Assembly: GCA_964016885.1 (NCBI GenBank)
Contig: OZ024744.1
Span: forward strand, 74,958,001 to 75,022,000
Reading direction: 5' to 3'
Source: Eledone cirrhosa
Lineage: Eukaryota
Length of the DNA stretch: 64,000 nt
The notes below the pieces were generated by a model that had not been told where the DNA came from, ran no database searches, and worked only from the letters and a program-made list of their open reading frames with translations. A program made the position numbers and the translations under genes. Shown here one piece after another: positions 41,959 to 58,177 of this stretch; the first letter of the stretch is position 1, and every line of letters begins with the position of its first letter.

Positions 41959-42301
41959 ATATTAATAAATGGAAACTATATTTATAAAACCATATTTATT
42001 TTATTATACATATTTCAAGGGCCACCAAGGCAGATTATGGTGCGCTTTCATCAGATAAAATACAGATTGGTTTTATAAATAATATTTATAAAACAAATCT
42101 GTATTTTATCTGAAGAAAGCGCACCATAATTTGCCTTGGTGGCCCTTGAAATGTGTATAATAAAACAAATATGGTTTTATAAATATACTTTCCATTTATT
42201 AATATATTGTGTATTTACTCCACTAATCTGACGAGTGCTTTATATCAGTTATAACATTGTTTTTTAAGCCTGTTGAATCCCAACAAATTAAATATAACCT
42301 C

Positions 42302-42305
<4 letters not shown>
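41955..42305. mobile_element. Palindromic family A cassette with two intact hammerheads (41999-42060 -, 42104-42165 +)
   Basis: Arms mirror about 42081; cores CTGATGA and CTGAAGA; flanked by (TA)n. Confidence 0.85.
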
Positions 42306-42349
<44 letters not shown>

Positions 42350-42708
42350 GAGGTTATATTTAATACTAGAGCTAAATAAATAAATAAATAAATAAATAAA
42401 TGTATCAACCGATACTCAACTTCCAAGTTTCTCTATCTATCTCTATCTATCTCTTTCTTTTTTCCTCTCTCTATATATATATTTCTCTCTGTTTCTTTAC
42501 ATGAAGTTCTTCTCTTTATCTATCTTTCTATATCTCTCTATTTAGTCACATGCATTTCTTCTTTTTCTTCGTTTCTCTTTCTTTCTCTCTTTATCTCTTT
42601 CTTTTTACAACTGTCCACAATATTTTTTACTGCCAAATCAACCTCCCAAATGCAAGGTGATTGAAAGGTATGTCGTATCTATTTATTTATAAGACTGTTT
42701 ATATTGTA

Positions 42709-42770
42709 TTTTGTCTGAAGAAGGCATAACATATTGTTAATATGATATCCCTGAAATATATATAACGAAA
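42709..42770 (+). ncRNA. Type I hammerhead (diverged family A)
   Basis: TTTTGT-CTGAAGA-AGG...CCT-GAAAT-ATAT-ATA-ACGAAA; compensatory changes relative to other family A copies. Confidence 0.85.
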
Positions 42771-42900
42771 TAAATATGGTTTTATAAATATAGTTTCCAT
42801 TTATTTAATATCATAAATATACTCCAAATACTTGTTGAGTGCTTTTATATCAGTTATAAATATTTACTCGTTGTTAACCCAACAATTTAAATATAACTTT

Positions 42901-42990
<90 letters not shown>

Positions 42991-43039
42991 ATATATATGT
43001 ATATATATATGTATATATATGTATATGTATATATATATG

Positions 43040-45095
43040 TATATTTATTAAAATAACAGATTAAAGTTTAAGCAAAGAATCGCTGCTTTCACCCTTAACG
43101 GGATCTCCTGAAACTAACAAAAGTCAATATGTGAAGGCAGAAGTGAATATTTCAAAAAACGTTGCAACCGGAGGAAGACAGGAAGACGATACTTTGGTTC
43201 GTGGAAACGTTCCCTGGCAAAGAACGGGAAAAAACGCATATAATACGTCATTCATTGGAGCGGTGAAAAACAATTACACGCAAAGACAGAACCACGTTTA
43301 TGGTATAAAAGAAGTCGTAGACTAATATTCTCTTAGGTGGTTCATAGAGACGTTCACTGGAAATGAACGGAAAAAACGAAGATAATACGTCATATGTGAA
43401 GCGTATAGAACAATTGTACGCAAAGACAAAAAACCATGTAAATGGTATAACTGAAGTCGTAGACTAAAATTCTAGCTAGGAAACCGAATGATTCTCCGCA
43501 CAGAGTTAAGAATAAAGTAAATAAAATACAGAGGTAATTGAAATTAAATAAATACACACACGCATCCAAATACGTACATACACAAGCATACGCGAAAACA
43601 CCCGCCATAGGTATACAAATACACGCACATATAAATATGTCTGTGTGTGCGTGTATACAAATAATTAAATAAACGTATATAAATAAATAAATACGTATAT
43701 AATAAGCGCACACGCATACCTACATGTAAATACACAAATGTTCGGAGACCACGTCAACCAAAACACGAAGTACGCATATACACACACCCTACATACGTAC
43801 GAACCCGCATACTCACACAGACGCAAAACTCACGTATACCCATAACCAAAAGCATATGTCCCAGAATATATAAAATATACGCCATAACATATACAATCAA
43901 ATATACGTACGAGAAAGAATACATACATTCACAAAACATACAGGTAATATATACTTACCTGTGTGAATAAGTAATGGTATAAACATAACATATACTTAGC
44001 TACCACATCAAGACGTAAAATATCCGCGTATAGATCGTACTATCCGTTTGGGTATAATGTGGGGCTGTAATACAGGAAAGTTTTGTGCAATTTATGTTTA
44101 CAAGCCGAAATTGCCTCAGATTTTTTGTTTAAGATGTGGTCTGTGGCGTAGAGTATTTCCAGGGCATCAGCGGCGCAGAGGTCACATGGTCTTTTATTTC
44201 CGTTATACGATCTAGCCCTAGCTAGGATCTCCCAGTGTAACTTTTATTGGGTGTGGTTGCCTTTTAGAGTCCAGATATGAGCTGAAAGTGACGTCATATT
44301 CCTTCTTAGAGGCTAACGAAAAGAATGGGTATGCATGTAAAGACGCTACTTGAATCTATTGGCGGTTAACCCTATGTAGGCCCTACGGAGGTGGGTGTTT
44401 CAACCTTACATTTGTAGACAATGTTACTAAAGAGGCATTTCCCGGATAGGGGGCAATCAAACCAATTCCTACAATTACAGTTAGTACTAAATACAGGGTT
44501 GCACGTATTCCTACGCCTAGGGAGTTTAGCTAAATTTGAAGCTGTGATGTTATGTGCAAGGTTAGGAGTCGTAGAGTAAGACATTTTAATAGTATTTCTA
44601 TTAAAAATTTTACTATATTTATATGTAGGGAAAAATGCTTCGTAATAAGGGAGAGAAAGATCTTAGCTAATGGTGTGGCTACCTCCATATTATATGGTGG
44701 GTTGTACCATATAATGCGTCGGGATCTATTTCTTCTAGGTCTATTTTCGTACTCTGTATATGCTACCTTATCGATAAATCCCCACCGAGCAAGAGCTTCA
44801 TTGTAATATGTGGAATGGTCGTTGAAAATATGCTCGTTAGTAGATAGACGGGAAAGCCTCAAAGAAACGTTTCTTACCAGGTTGTTGGTTATGCTGGCAG
44901 GATGGTTGGAATGCTTACTTATGTAATTAAGCCTATCATTCGGCTTTCTATACGGGTAATACAAGCCATTCGATAAATTGAGGGTAACGTCGAGATAATT
45001 GGCGACAATATGTATAGAGAGGTTGAAGCCTTTAAAGAAGGCTGTGAGTTCTTTTCTGAACCTGGCGCAAGCAGAAGGGCCGCACTTAGTCATGG
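43040..45095 (-). mobile_element. 5'-truncated PLE (second lineage): RT thumb and GIY-YIG remnants (44036-45095) plus 3' UTR
   Basis: [61 protein letters not shown]. Confidence 0.88.
43065..43115 (-). ncRNA. Hammerhead-like fold with variant core (family M; second copy 40700-40750)
   Basis: AGTTT-CAGGAGA-T-CCC-GTTAA-GGG-T-GAAAGCA-GCGATTCTT-TGCT-T-AAACT; the other copy has CAGAAGA. Confidence 0.65.
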
Positions 45096-45111
45096 TCATA
45101 TATTTTATATA

Positions 45112-45275
<164 letters not shown>

Positions 45276-45370
45276 TATATATATGGTGGCTGCCAACTCG
45301 TTTTCGAGTACGACCACTACTTTATATCCATGTAGGAGAACGCCTACCGATGCGCCGAACGAGTGATTTA

Positions 45371-45445
<75 letters not shown>

Positions 45446-45650
45446 TATATATATATAAATATATATATTTATATATAAATATATATATATATATAGTATT
45501 AAGGATACTATTTATGGTTATGTATGTAATAAAATCTTTTATGGTAATATATTTTTTATATGAAAGATAGTCATTAATTACTATCTTATTACCAGTAAGA
45601 TAAATAGCTCAATGTAATAACATCGGTTGTTTTACAGAGCAGTTACATAC

Positions 45651-45711
<61 letters not shown>

Positions 45712-45715
<4 letters not shown>

Positions 45716-46132
45716 TAAATCTACCAATCAATGGTAAGGTCTAAACCGTATGAAGAACTCAATGTAATCCGTATGTTGATGATGTCGTAAAGTAAAGTTT
45801 AAAATACAAATCTTTCAACGATATAATTCATTGGATACAGAGTCAAAAATAGAAATATTAAAACAATGAAATTAAACAAATAACGGTTAATTCATAGTAA
45901 AACTCATTATTTTACGTTACTTTCTGGGGGAGGGGGGTAGTTCCCCGTATGTCCATTCTATTATTGATCTATGTAAAATATATTACAAAATATCATAGTA
46001 AGAAAATACATATACACGTCTTCAGAAATAATGATCAATAATAGAATGGACATACGAGGAACTACACCCCAGAAACGATCGTAAAATAATGAGTTTTACT
46101 ATGAATTAATTGTTTTTTGTTTAATCTCATCG

Positions 46133-46138
<6 letters not shown>
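45712..46138. mobile_element. Family D-related pLTR with inverted partial copy
   Basis: Similar to 25695-26005; HHR 45904-46034(-), with its 3' half repeated at 46035-46090(+). Confidence 0.75.
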
Positions 46139-46191
<53 letters not shown>

Positions 46192-46409
46192 ATAGATACG
46201 TTGCTTTATATATATAGTATCCCCCAGTGAGCTCTATTCCCGGACCAGGCGATGCGTTACGTCCTTAAGCAAGACATTTTATTTCACGTTGCTCGTTCTA
46301 CCAGGAGTTGCGACCAATAGATAGTATTAGCAACTGGAAAGCCCACTTACTCTAGTTACACCCGATTGAAACAGGGATGAACTTATATATATAAATATAT
46401 AAATAAGTA

Positions 46410-46863
46410 GAAGTGGTATTAATTTGTTGGAAGTCCGACAAACATAAATATTTATAACTGATTTAGAGCACTCAACAGTTTACTGGAGTAAATATTCAAT
46501 GATATTAAATAAACGGAAACTATATTTATAAAACCATATTTATTTTATTATTTATATTTCAAGGGTAACCGAGACAATATTGGTACGCTTTCATCAGATA
46601 AAATACAAAGTTTGTTTTATAAATAGAGACATATCCATGAAAATCATACCTTATCGGTTGGAAATTCACAGGATAGTCTCTCTAGTGATTTTCCAACCGA
46701 TAAGGTATGATTTTCATGGGTATGTCTCTATTTATAAAACAAACTTTGTATTTTATCTGATGAAAGCGTACCTTTGTTATCTTGGTTACCCTTGAAATAT
46801 ATATAATAAAATAAATATGTTTTTATAAATATAGTTTCCATTTATTTAATATAATTGAATATT

Positions 46864-46865
<2 letters not shown>
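46410..46865. mobile_element. Palindromic family A cassette with two intact hammerheads (46543-46603 -, 46751-46811 +)
   Basis: Arms mirror about 46678. Confidence 0.85.
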
Positions 46866-46904
<39 letters not shown>

Positions 46905-47280
46905 GGGTGTGTGCGTGTGCGTGTGTGTGTGTAAGTATATCAAACTAGAGAAATTGAGGTTATATACATATATATATATGTGTATACCTCGCGTTGTTCA
47001 CTATTTGAATCTTGCATGTATGAGTGTGTGTGTGTTTGTACACATAAAGCAAAGCTATACATGCATGCGGGATGTACATGGCATATTTAAACGGTACGAA
47101 AAAATAGACACATTAGTTGTGAAAAGAAAATTATTTTGCCGCATATGTGAGGAAACACATGAATTGCACATTAGTAATTTATAGAATGAAATAGATTTAC
47201 TATTTACTATTAGAAACGCGGACAGCATATGTGTCTGTGTGTGTTTGTGTGGAGAGCGAGAGAGAGGGGGGAGAGGGGAT

Positions 47281-47349
<69 letters not shown>

Positions 47350-47525
47350 TGAGAGGGTGAGATATGTATATATGATATATATTAATATATGTATACATGT
47401 ATATATGATATATATGAAAGAGAGAGGGAGATGTATATATGTATATATGTGTATATGAATAAAAAACTACGTACATACACACACACACACATATACATAT
47501 ATATATATATATATATGCATGTACG

Positions 47526-47562
<37 letters not shown>

Positions 47563-47714
47563 GCATATATATGTATATATATATTTTTTACTCCGTTTTG
47601 AATCGAAAGTAACCACAGTAGGTATATATATATATATATATATACATAAATATACATGTATATATGTATATATTATATTATATTATATTGAGTCATATAT
47701 TATAGTTATACCTA

Positions 47715-47790
<76 letters not shown>

Positions 47791-48024
47791 TATACATAAA
47801 TATATGAATATTTATATGTAATGTATACATGTATACATATGTATATTTATGTATATACATATATATATTTTTTTACATATATGTACAAATATATATATAT
47901 CTACATAAATTTATATATGCTTGTATGTGTGCGTGTATAAACGAATATTTTCACTTCTACTCATATATATATATATATATATGTGTGTATACATATATAT
48001 ATATATATATAATATATATAATAT

Positions 48025-48100
<76 letters not shown>

Positions 48101-48149
48101 CACACGCACATATATATATACAATATGTAGACATACATATATACAAAGG

Positions 48150-48336
48150 TAAATTGGCAATATCGGTAGAGGGTTGGACGCCATGCTTTCTAGCATAATT
48201 ACGTCCTTTTACAGTCTCAGTTCAAAATCCCGCCGAATTCAAGTTTGCCTTTCATCCTTACGGGGTCGATAAAATAAAGTACCAGTTATGGATTCGATAA
48301 TTGCTGGCCTTGTGCCAAAAGTAGAAACAATTATTA
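48150..48336 (+). mobile_element. tRNA-derived SINE
   Basis: Same family as 8838-9022. Confidence 0.8.
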
Positions 48337-48662
48337 TCATATTTATTCATAGGTAAGCATATATATGAATTTATTTCTGTATGTATATATGTATATATGC
48401 ATGTATGTCCATATATATATATGTGTGTGTATATATAAATATACGTATATATATATGTATAAATATATATATATATGTGTATATATAAATATATACATAT
48501 ATCCACCAAATCTTCAAGCACATTATAAATTATTTCTCTATCGTGTATGTATATACAGGTACTTGCTTAATATGCATACACACATACACACATACACACA
48601 CCCATACACACACACACACACACACATACACACACACACACTCATACACACAACTCACATAT

Positions 48663-48693
<31 letters not shown>

Positions 48694-48971
48694 CCACCAA
48701 CACATTTTAAATTATTTTTCTATCGAGTATATAGGTACATGCATAATATACATACACACACATACACACACATACACACACATACATAGACGTACATACA
48801 CATACTCGCACTCACATATATAAATATATATATATATATTTATTTATTTATAGAGCTACATAAATATATGTTGAAATATGGTTTTGTATATAGATACATA
48901 TATATATACATGAATTTGTATATATATATATATTATAAATTAACAGGAGGCTGGACTAAATAAATAAATAT

Positions 48972-49020
<49 letters not shown>

Positions 49021-49023
49021 AAT

Positions 49024-49054
<31 letters not shown>

Positions 49055-49386
49055 ACGAAGGAGTTGTGGTAAGGAACCAGATGGACCATAACGTACCAGA
49101 GTACTCAATACTTAGGGCAGTAGAGTGGGTAATGGGAAGATCTTTTCCTATATATATATGAACACACACACACACACACATATATATATGTGTGTGTATG
49201 TGTGTGCGTGTATATGCATGTGTATATGTGTGTGCATGTATGTATGTGTGTGTGTGTGTGTATAATAAGCAAGTACCTATATATTCATACACGAGAGAGA
49301 AATAATTTATAATGTGCTTGAAGATTTGGTGGATATATGTATATATATATATATACACACATATATATTTATATATACACACACAC

Positions 49387-49441
<55 letters not shown>

Positions 49442-49590
49442 CATATAATTATATATATACACACACATATATATATGTATATATATATATACATATACAT
49501 ATATATAAGGACATACATATATACATACATACATACATACATATAGAAATACATTCATATATAGGCTTACCTATGAATAAATATGCCCAT
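48335..49590. repeat. Diverged inverted duplication of low-complexity DNA
   Basis: 48335-48660 mirrors 49155-49590 (CCACCAAATCTTCAAGCACATT / AATGTGCTTGAAGATTTGGTGG); a family G tail at 49053-49148 lies in the spacer. Confidence 0.75.
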
Positions 49591-49940
49591 AATGATATAT
49601 ATATATGTTTGTATATATGTGCGTCTATATATTGTGTGTGTGTGCATATGTGTTTCTATGTGTGTGTATGGGCGAGTGTCATTTGGACACATCTAATATT
49701 TAAAATTTCTTGTTATATATTTCGCCTGTAAATTCTACATTGATTTGCAAAATATGTTAACATATTCATACACTTTAAATGTGGTCAAATATAAGAATTT
49801 GTGTGTCTGTATGCGGATTATAACGTGAACATCTCGCCGATATGGCATATATATATACTTCTATATATACATTCATACAGGCAGGTACGTGTAAGTCTGT
49901 GTGAATGTTTCTCTATGTACGTTCAATAAATAACTATAAA

Positions 49941-50938
<998 letters not shown>

Positions 50939-50955
50939 TATTATATACATATATA

Positions 50956-51073
50956 CTGAGTTCAAATCCCGTCGAGGTTAACTTTACCTTTCATCATTTC
51001 GGGGTCGATAAAATAAACTACCAGTAATACACTGGGATAATTGCTGGTCCTGTGCCAAAAGTAGAAACAATTT
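50956..51073 (+). mobile_element. 5'-truncated tRNA-derived SINE
   Basis: GAGTTCAAATCCC...CCTTTCATCATTTCGGGGTCGATAAAATAAA. Confidence 0.75.
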
Positions 51074-51155
51074 TATACATATATACATACACGCACATAC
51101 ACACACACACATACACACATCCATATATAAATAGTTATACACAAATACACACACT

Positions 51156-51268
<113 letters not shown>

Positions 51269-51347
51269 ATTTACCCACTCTACTGCCCTAAGTATTGAGT
51301 ACTCGGATACGTTATGGTCCATCTGGTTCCTTACCACATTTCCTTCG

Positions 51348-51388
<41 letters not shown>

Positions 51389-51495
51389 TTATATGATTTC
51401 TAATGCAATGAAATATCTATGATCTTCGGCAAATCACTGATGAGGGACTCATTTTATTACTTATATATATATATATACACATATATATATATATA

Positions 51496-51535
<40 letters not shown>

Positions 51536-51674
51536 TATATATATATATTATATATATATATATATAAATATATATATACTTACATATATATATACTTATA
51601 TATATGTATAATACCAGTAATACCCCTTAACATTTAGGTATGGTTAAACACCTATATATATGAATATTTGCAGG

Positions 51675-51730
<56 letters not shown>

Positions 51731-51859
51731 TTTGCAGGTATATATAACTATATATATATACACGTATGTCAACTCACACGGGCAGACATACGCAAACATA
51801 ACATTATAAATTAATATATAACTATATATGTATATATGTGTATCTCTATATTTATATAT

Positions 51860-51867
51860 ATCTATCA

Positions 51868-51945
<78 letters not shown>

Positions 51946-51976
51946 ATATCTATATATCTATCTATCTATCTCTCTA

Positions 51977-52009
<33 letters not shown>

Positions 52010-52109
52010 ATATAAACATATATGACATATATATATATAGTTATTGAATATATTTATTTTAATTGCATATATATATATATATATATATTTATTGAATATA
52101 TGTCTTTTA

Positions 52110-52148
<39 letters not shown>

Positions 52149-52555
52149 AATATATGTCTTTTAATTGTATATATATATATGTATATATATATATACGTTT
52201 ATATACATACACATGAAATATTCATGTATATGCATTTATGCGAGTGTGCACATGCATTCATACATACGATCATACATACATACATAAATAAATACATACA
52301 TACATACATACGTGTATACATACATACATACATACATACTTACATACATACATACATCTATACATACATACATCTATACATACATACATACATACATACA
52401 TACATACATACATACATACATACATACATACATACATACATACACACATACATACATACACACATACATACATACATACATGCATACATACATACATACA
52501 TACATACATCTATACATACATACATACATACATACATACATACATACACACATAC
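51860..52555. repeat. Compound (TATC)n, (TA)n and (TACA)n microsatellites
   Basis: Seen directly. Confidence 0.95.
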
Positions 52556-52869
52556 ATGCGTATGCGTGAGGGCTTGTTTGTTTGGCAGGTGATATATATA
52601 TGTATATACGTTCATGAATTTGCTCAGCTGTATGTGTGTTACGATATGCATTTTTCTGTTATTATACCTTTCGGTGTTTAAGTCTGCAAAGTGAGGTAAT
52701 AATCTAAAGGGATGTAACTCTGGTTAAGTCTACCATTCCGTAAATAGAAGTCGATAAAATGATCACCAGATTAAATACTGGGATCGATATAATTGACAAC
52801 ACGATTAAATTCGATGTCCCACCACGGCATAAGTCCAATTGTATGCGCATATATGCGTATATCTATAAA

Positions 52870-52966
<97 letters not shown>

Positions 52967-53518
52967 ATATATATATGCAACTAAATATATATATATGCAA
53001 CTAAACATATATATATGCAACTAAATATATATATGCAACTAAATATATATAGATATATATGTGTGTGTGTATGTGTTTGCGTGTAAGTGTGTATCTGTGT
53101 GAGGGTGTGTGTGTGTGTATGTGTGCGTGTGTGTGGGTACGTGTATTATTGACGGACATGTGAATGATTACTAATACCGGCGTTTAAATATTATGGCTAA
53201 ATGTTGAAACTCTAGAGTGACAAAGCTCACCATCTAGCCATTATATATATATATATATTTTTTTTTTTTCAATCATATTTTTTTTTTAATCATATTCTTC
53301 AATCATTTTTCAATCATATTTTTATTATTTGTTTGACCCGAATAGCATCCTCGCTTCTATGGCTTTGCGATTAATGGTTTAACCATCGTCTCAGTGTGTT
53401 TGTCCTTTTAACGTATGTTTATTGCTCTAGTTCACTCGTTTCTATTGAGCGCTTACCACACATTTCGGAAGATTTTTTTCGCTAATTTCCAATAGCCGTA
53501 ATGCGATTCTCGCTAATT

Positions 53519-53549
<31 letters not shown>

Positions 53550-53649
53550 TGACGTTATAGTCACTTATATATTATGGAATACTGGTGGCTTCTTGCTAAA
53601 ATAATTTCTATACTTTTCATTTATATATATATAAATATATATATATAAA

Positions 53650-54263
53650 ATGTTATACTTTGGGAGGGTCGTGTTGCCAATAAGGAACACACGCACCAGT
53701 ATTTTTTACTTCAATTTATTATAATAAATTTATAAATTTAGGAATTTATAAATTTCCGGTTGTTTGGTTGTTTCCACAACCAGACGATTGTTTATATATT
53801 GTCAAGAATGGAACAGCAACATCACAACTTACAATTAAGGACAAAATGAAAACACACACGCACATAGAACAAACAACCAACCAGTAACATGTAAATAAAC
53901 AAATAAATAAACAAATATAAACACACACAGACACCCGGATGTAAAACATGCGCGAACTAAGCACACAACACACACAAAAACAAGATGGCGTAGAACAAAG
54001 GAGAGGCACAACAACAAAGAAAAGAATCCCCAGTCACTGAAGAGGTCAGAGAATGTGTGACGAAAGAACTTTGACAATATATAAACAATCATCTGGTTGT
54101 GGAACCAACCAACCAACCGGAAATTTATAAATTTATTATAATAAATTGAAGTGAACAACTGGTGCGTGTGTTTCTTATTGGCAACATGACCCTCCAAAAG
54201 TATAACAATATCGGTTTCAACACACGTTTTCAGATAAAGAATCTTGCTAAACAAATTCAGAAA

Positions 54264-54268
<5 letters not shown>
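53650..54268 (+). mobile_element. Family B PLE 3' UTR (53806-54268, HHR 54033-54075) preceded by an inverted pLTR piece
   Basis: Starts at codons EWNSNITTYN*, matching the end of ORF 62858-63391. Confidence 0.85.
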
Positions 54269-54341
<73 letters not shown>

Positions 54342-54403
54342 CATAGAAATGACTTCTTCACAACTAGAACTGTTTCATTCGAAGGAAATCAACAATTAGG
54401 CCC

Positions 54404-54450
54404 TTTCCTGATGATTTCCTTCAAATGAAACAGTTCTAGTCCTGTAGAAG
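54404..54450 (+). ncRNA. Type I hammerhead (family P) within palindrome 54342-54462
   Basis: TTTC-CTGATGA-T-TT-CCTTCA-AA-T-GAAACAG-TTCTAGTC-CTGT-A-GAAG. Confidence 0.7.
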
Positions 54451-55523
54451 CCATTACTGTATTAAATATTTATACTAACCTATGTATTGAGTACCTTACT
54501 TACTGTGGTTACCCCCGATTGAACCCGGGATAAACACACACACACACACACATATATATAATTACATGTGTGTGTATGTGTGTCTATATATAATATCGTA
54601 CCAACGTAAAATATTAAATGATATTACTCGATTATTACAGATGTGTTTTGAAAGAAATTGATTAATTACCCCTGGAGACAAACAAAAAATGTAATGAAAT
54701 GTATCGAGGTGATTGTTGGGATAGCTCCACCCATGTCATAGATGCTGAACATGCGTGGTAGCCATTAGGCGAAAAGTCTTTCCTCACTGATTTTCCGTGT
54801 TTTGGAGTATTTTTAGTCTTCACTATTCTTCTTCTTCGCTTCTTTATTCCTGAAAGGACCATGGGGAAGAGTACTCAAACACTTCTTTCAGCTGATCCTA
54901 TCAGAAAGTTCTCCAATTGATCCGGCTCGATCCGCAAGCGATACTAGCCAAGCCCATGGATGTTATAAAAACCATCTTGCTTGTGGTCTAACCTTTGGTC
55001 TCCTGCCGGTTGGTTTTGCCTGTAAAATCTGTCCACCGATTCTTTCCTGAGACATTTTAACCACATGCCCATATTATCAGAGCTGTGATCTGTAAATTCA
55101 TGTCAGTATCTAGAAACGGGAAGTACAAACACCTATTATAATAATTGATATATATAAATGATATTTGAAACATTATGATGACTCTGTTTAAGGAACCATA
55201 TATTCCCAGTGGCTCTTTAGCCAAACGGACGTTATCTTTTCTAGGTACAGGCTTATATTCAAATTAAAAGACGACCAATCAGTAACCAGGTTCCCTTAGT
55301 GTAATGGAAAACCCAATTGCCTGTTATCCAGTATATGCTTGGTTACATTCCTTGCTGGTATCTCGACCTAAATTTCTCTGTTTTCAAACGTTCTTTGGCC
55401 GATGTTTTGAACTACTATTTACAGTGCTTGAAAGTCATTATATAGTCAATAGCTATATATTTAGGGAACATCAGTATTTAAAATTAAAAATGTTCCTAAT
55501 CTCTCTTAAAGCAACCAAATATA

Positions 55524-55638
<115 letters not shown>

Positions 55639-55788
55639 TTAGAAACACACAGATACATGCGGACACACACATATATACATGAATGCATCCGCACCCAACT
55701 GTGAGTTAAGGGTGCCAACTTCACCGATGTTGCTCAATGAATGACTGGGACATACGTACATACATATATGTATATAGACGTACAGTAG

Positions 55789-55877
<89 letters not shown>

Positions 55878-56127
55878 GAGAGGTATAGAGATTGTTTTAG
55901 CAAGAAGCTAACGGCATTCTATAACATATATGCGACTATAACGTCAAGATAGGAAAAGTAGTTAACGAAAGATTTAGGAAAAATAACTCAAACTCATCTC
56001 AAAAGAGAATCAGGATATAAATTCATCAACAGAATTTAGTAAAATCCAGGGAAAAAACTATAGACCTTTAACTCATGATAAAATAAAGTTTGAAACACTT
56101 ATCCTTCAATTTGGAATAACATCAAAT

Positions 56128-56208
56128 GCTCTGTATAGTCTTAAAAGACTATTTCATGAAAACTTTCAGTGGAGATGGTCACGGTTGGATTTCATTCATC
56201 AGCAGAGC
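56128..56208 (-). ncRNA. Type I hammerhead with full stem III and 40-nt domain II (family K)
   Basis: GCTCTG-CTGATGA-ATGAAA-[28 nt]-TTTCAT-GAA-ATAGTCTT-TT-AAGACTAT-A-CAGAGC; all three stems are perfect. Confidence 0.9.
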
Positions 56209-56475
56209 TCAACAGAAAACCAGGGCTCTCACAGTAATATAATCCGAAAAAGGGAATTCTAAAACTGGCTAGTTCGCCTTCATGTGTATTTATGAAAAAG
56301 CACATGAGGAAAAAAAGGGGCTAGTGACGTCAGGATGGAAGTGAATGTTTATTTACAAGAAATAGCAATCAAATACATTCTGAAAAAAAACTCTACAAAA
56401 GGAGTTCAGCAAAATAGCAATATATATATATATACATACTACTGTACGTCTATATACATATATGTATGTACGTAT

Positions 56476-56638
<163 letters not shown>

Positions 56639-56669
56639 GTTGCTTTAAGAGAGATTAGGAACATTTTTA

Positions 56670-56996
56670 ATTTGCCTTATGTTGTTTATTACATAATAAT
56701 AATAATTAAGCTCTGTTGCCTACATAGAGCACTCTTTTTTCCTGGACTTTTCCGATGGAATTACTTCATTCACACATATATATATATATATATATATAGT
56801 TATGTAATAAACAACATAAGGCAATTATTACATTTACCAGTGGTTTCTTATTTTAGAGTTATTTTTAACTCTAAAATAAGAAACCACTGGTAAATGGAAT
56901 AATTGCCTTATCTTGTTTATTACATAATTATTAAGCTTTGTTACCTACATAGAGCACTCTTTTTTCCTGGACTTTTCCGACGGAATTACTTCATTT

Positions 56997-57000
<4 letters not shown>
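56670..57000. mobile_element. pLTR-like tail in direct and inverted copies (palindrome 56800-56928) carrying an HHR 3' half
   Basis: GAAACC-ACT-GGT-A stem III; 56670-56775 is repeated at 56900-57000. Confidence 0.6.
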
Positions 57001-58048
<1,048 letters not shown>

Positions 58049-58177
58049 TATATATATATATACATATACATATATATATACGTATGTAAAAGGTAAACAG
58101 AAATAACAACACAATCGGTACAGTATACGGAAGGGATATATTAGGGATATATATATATTATTTATATATATATATAT

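Noticed and set aside
45541-45594. TGGTAAT...GAAAGATAGT..ACTATCT-T-ATTACCA, resembling stems I and III of an HHR
   Set aside because: The CTGANGA core is absent, so it was not counted.
51430-51455. CTGATGAGGGACTC, and similarly CTGATGATAG at 59007
   Set aside because: No downstream GAAA or stems.
52970-53045. Tandem 18-20-bp repeats (TATATGCAACTAAA) considered as a CRISPR-like array
   Set aside because: No unique spacers, no cas genes and a eukaryotic context; an ordinary minisatellite.
54660-55110. GC-richer island resembling a LINE 5' region
   Set aside because: No motif I could identify with confidence.
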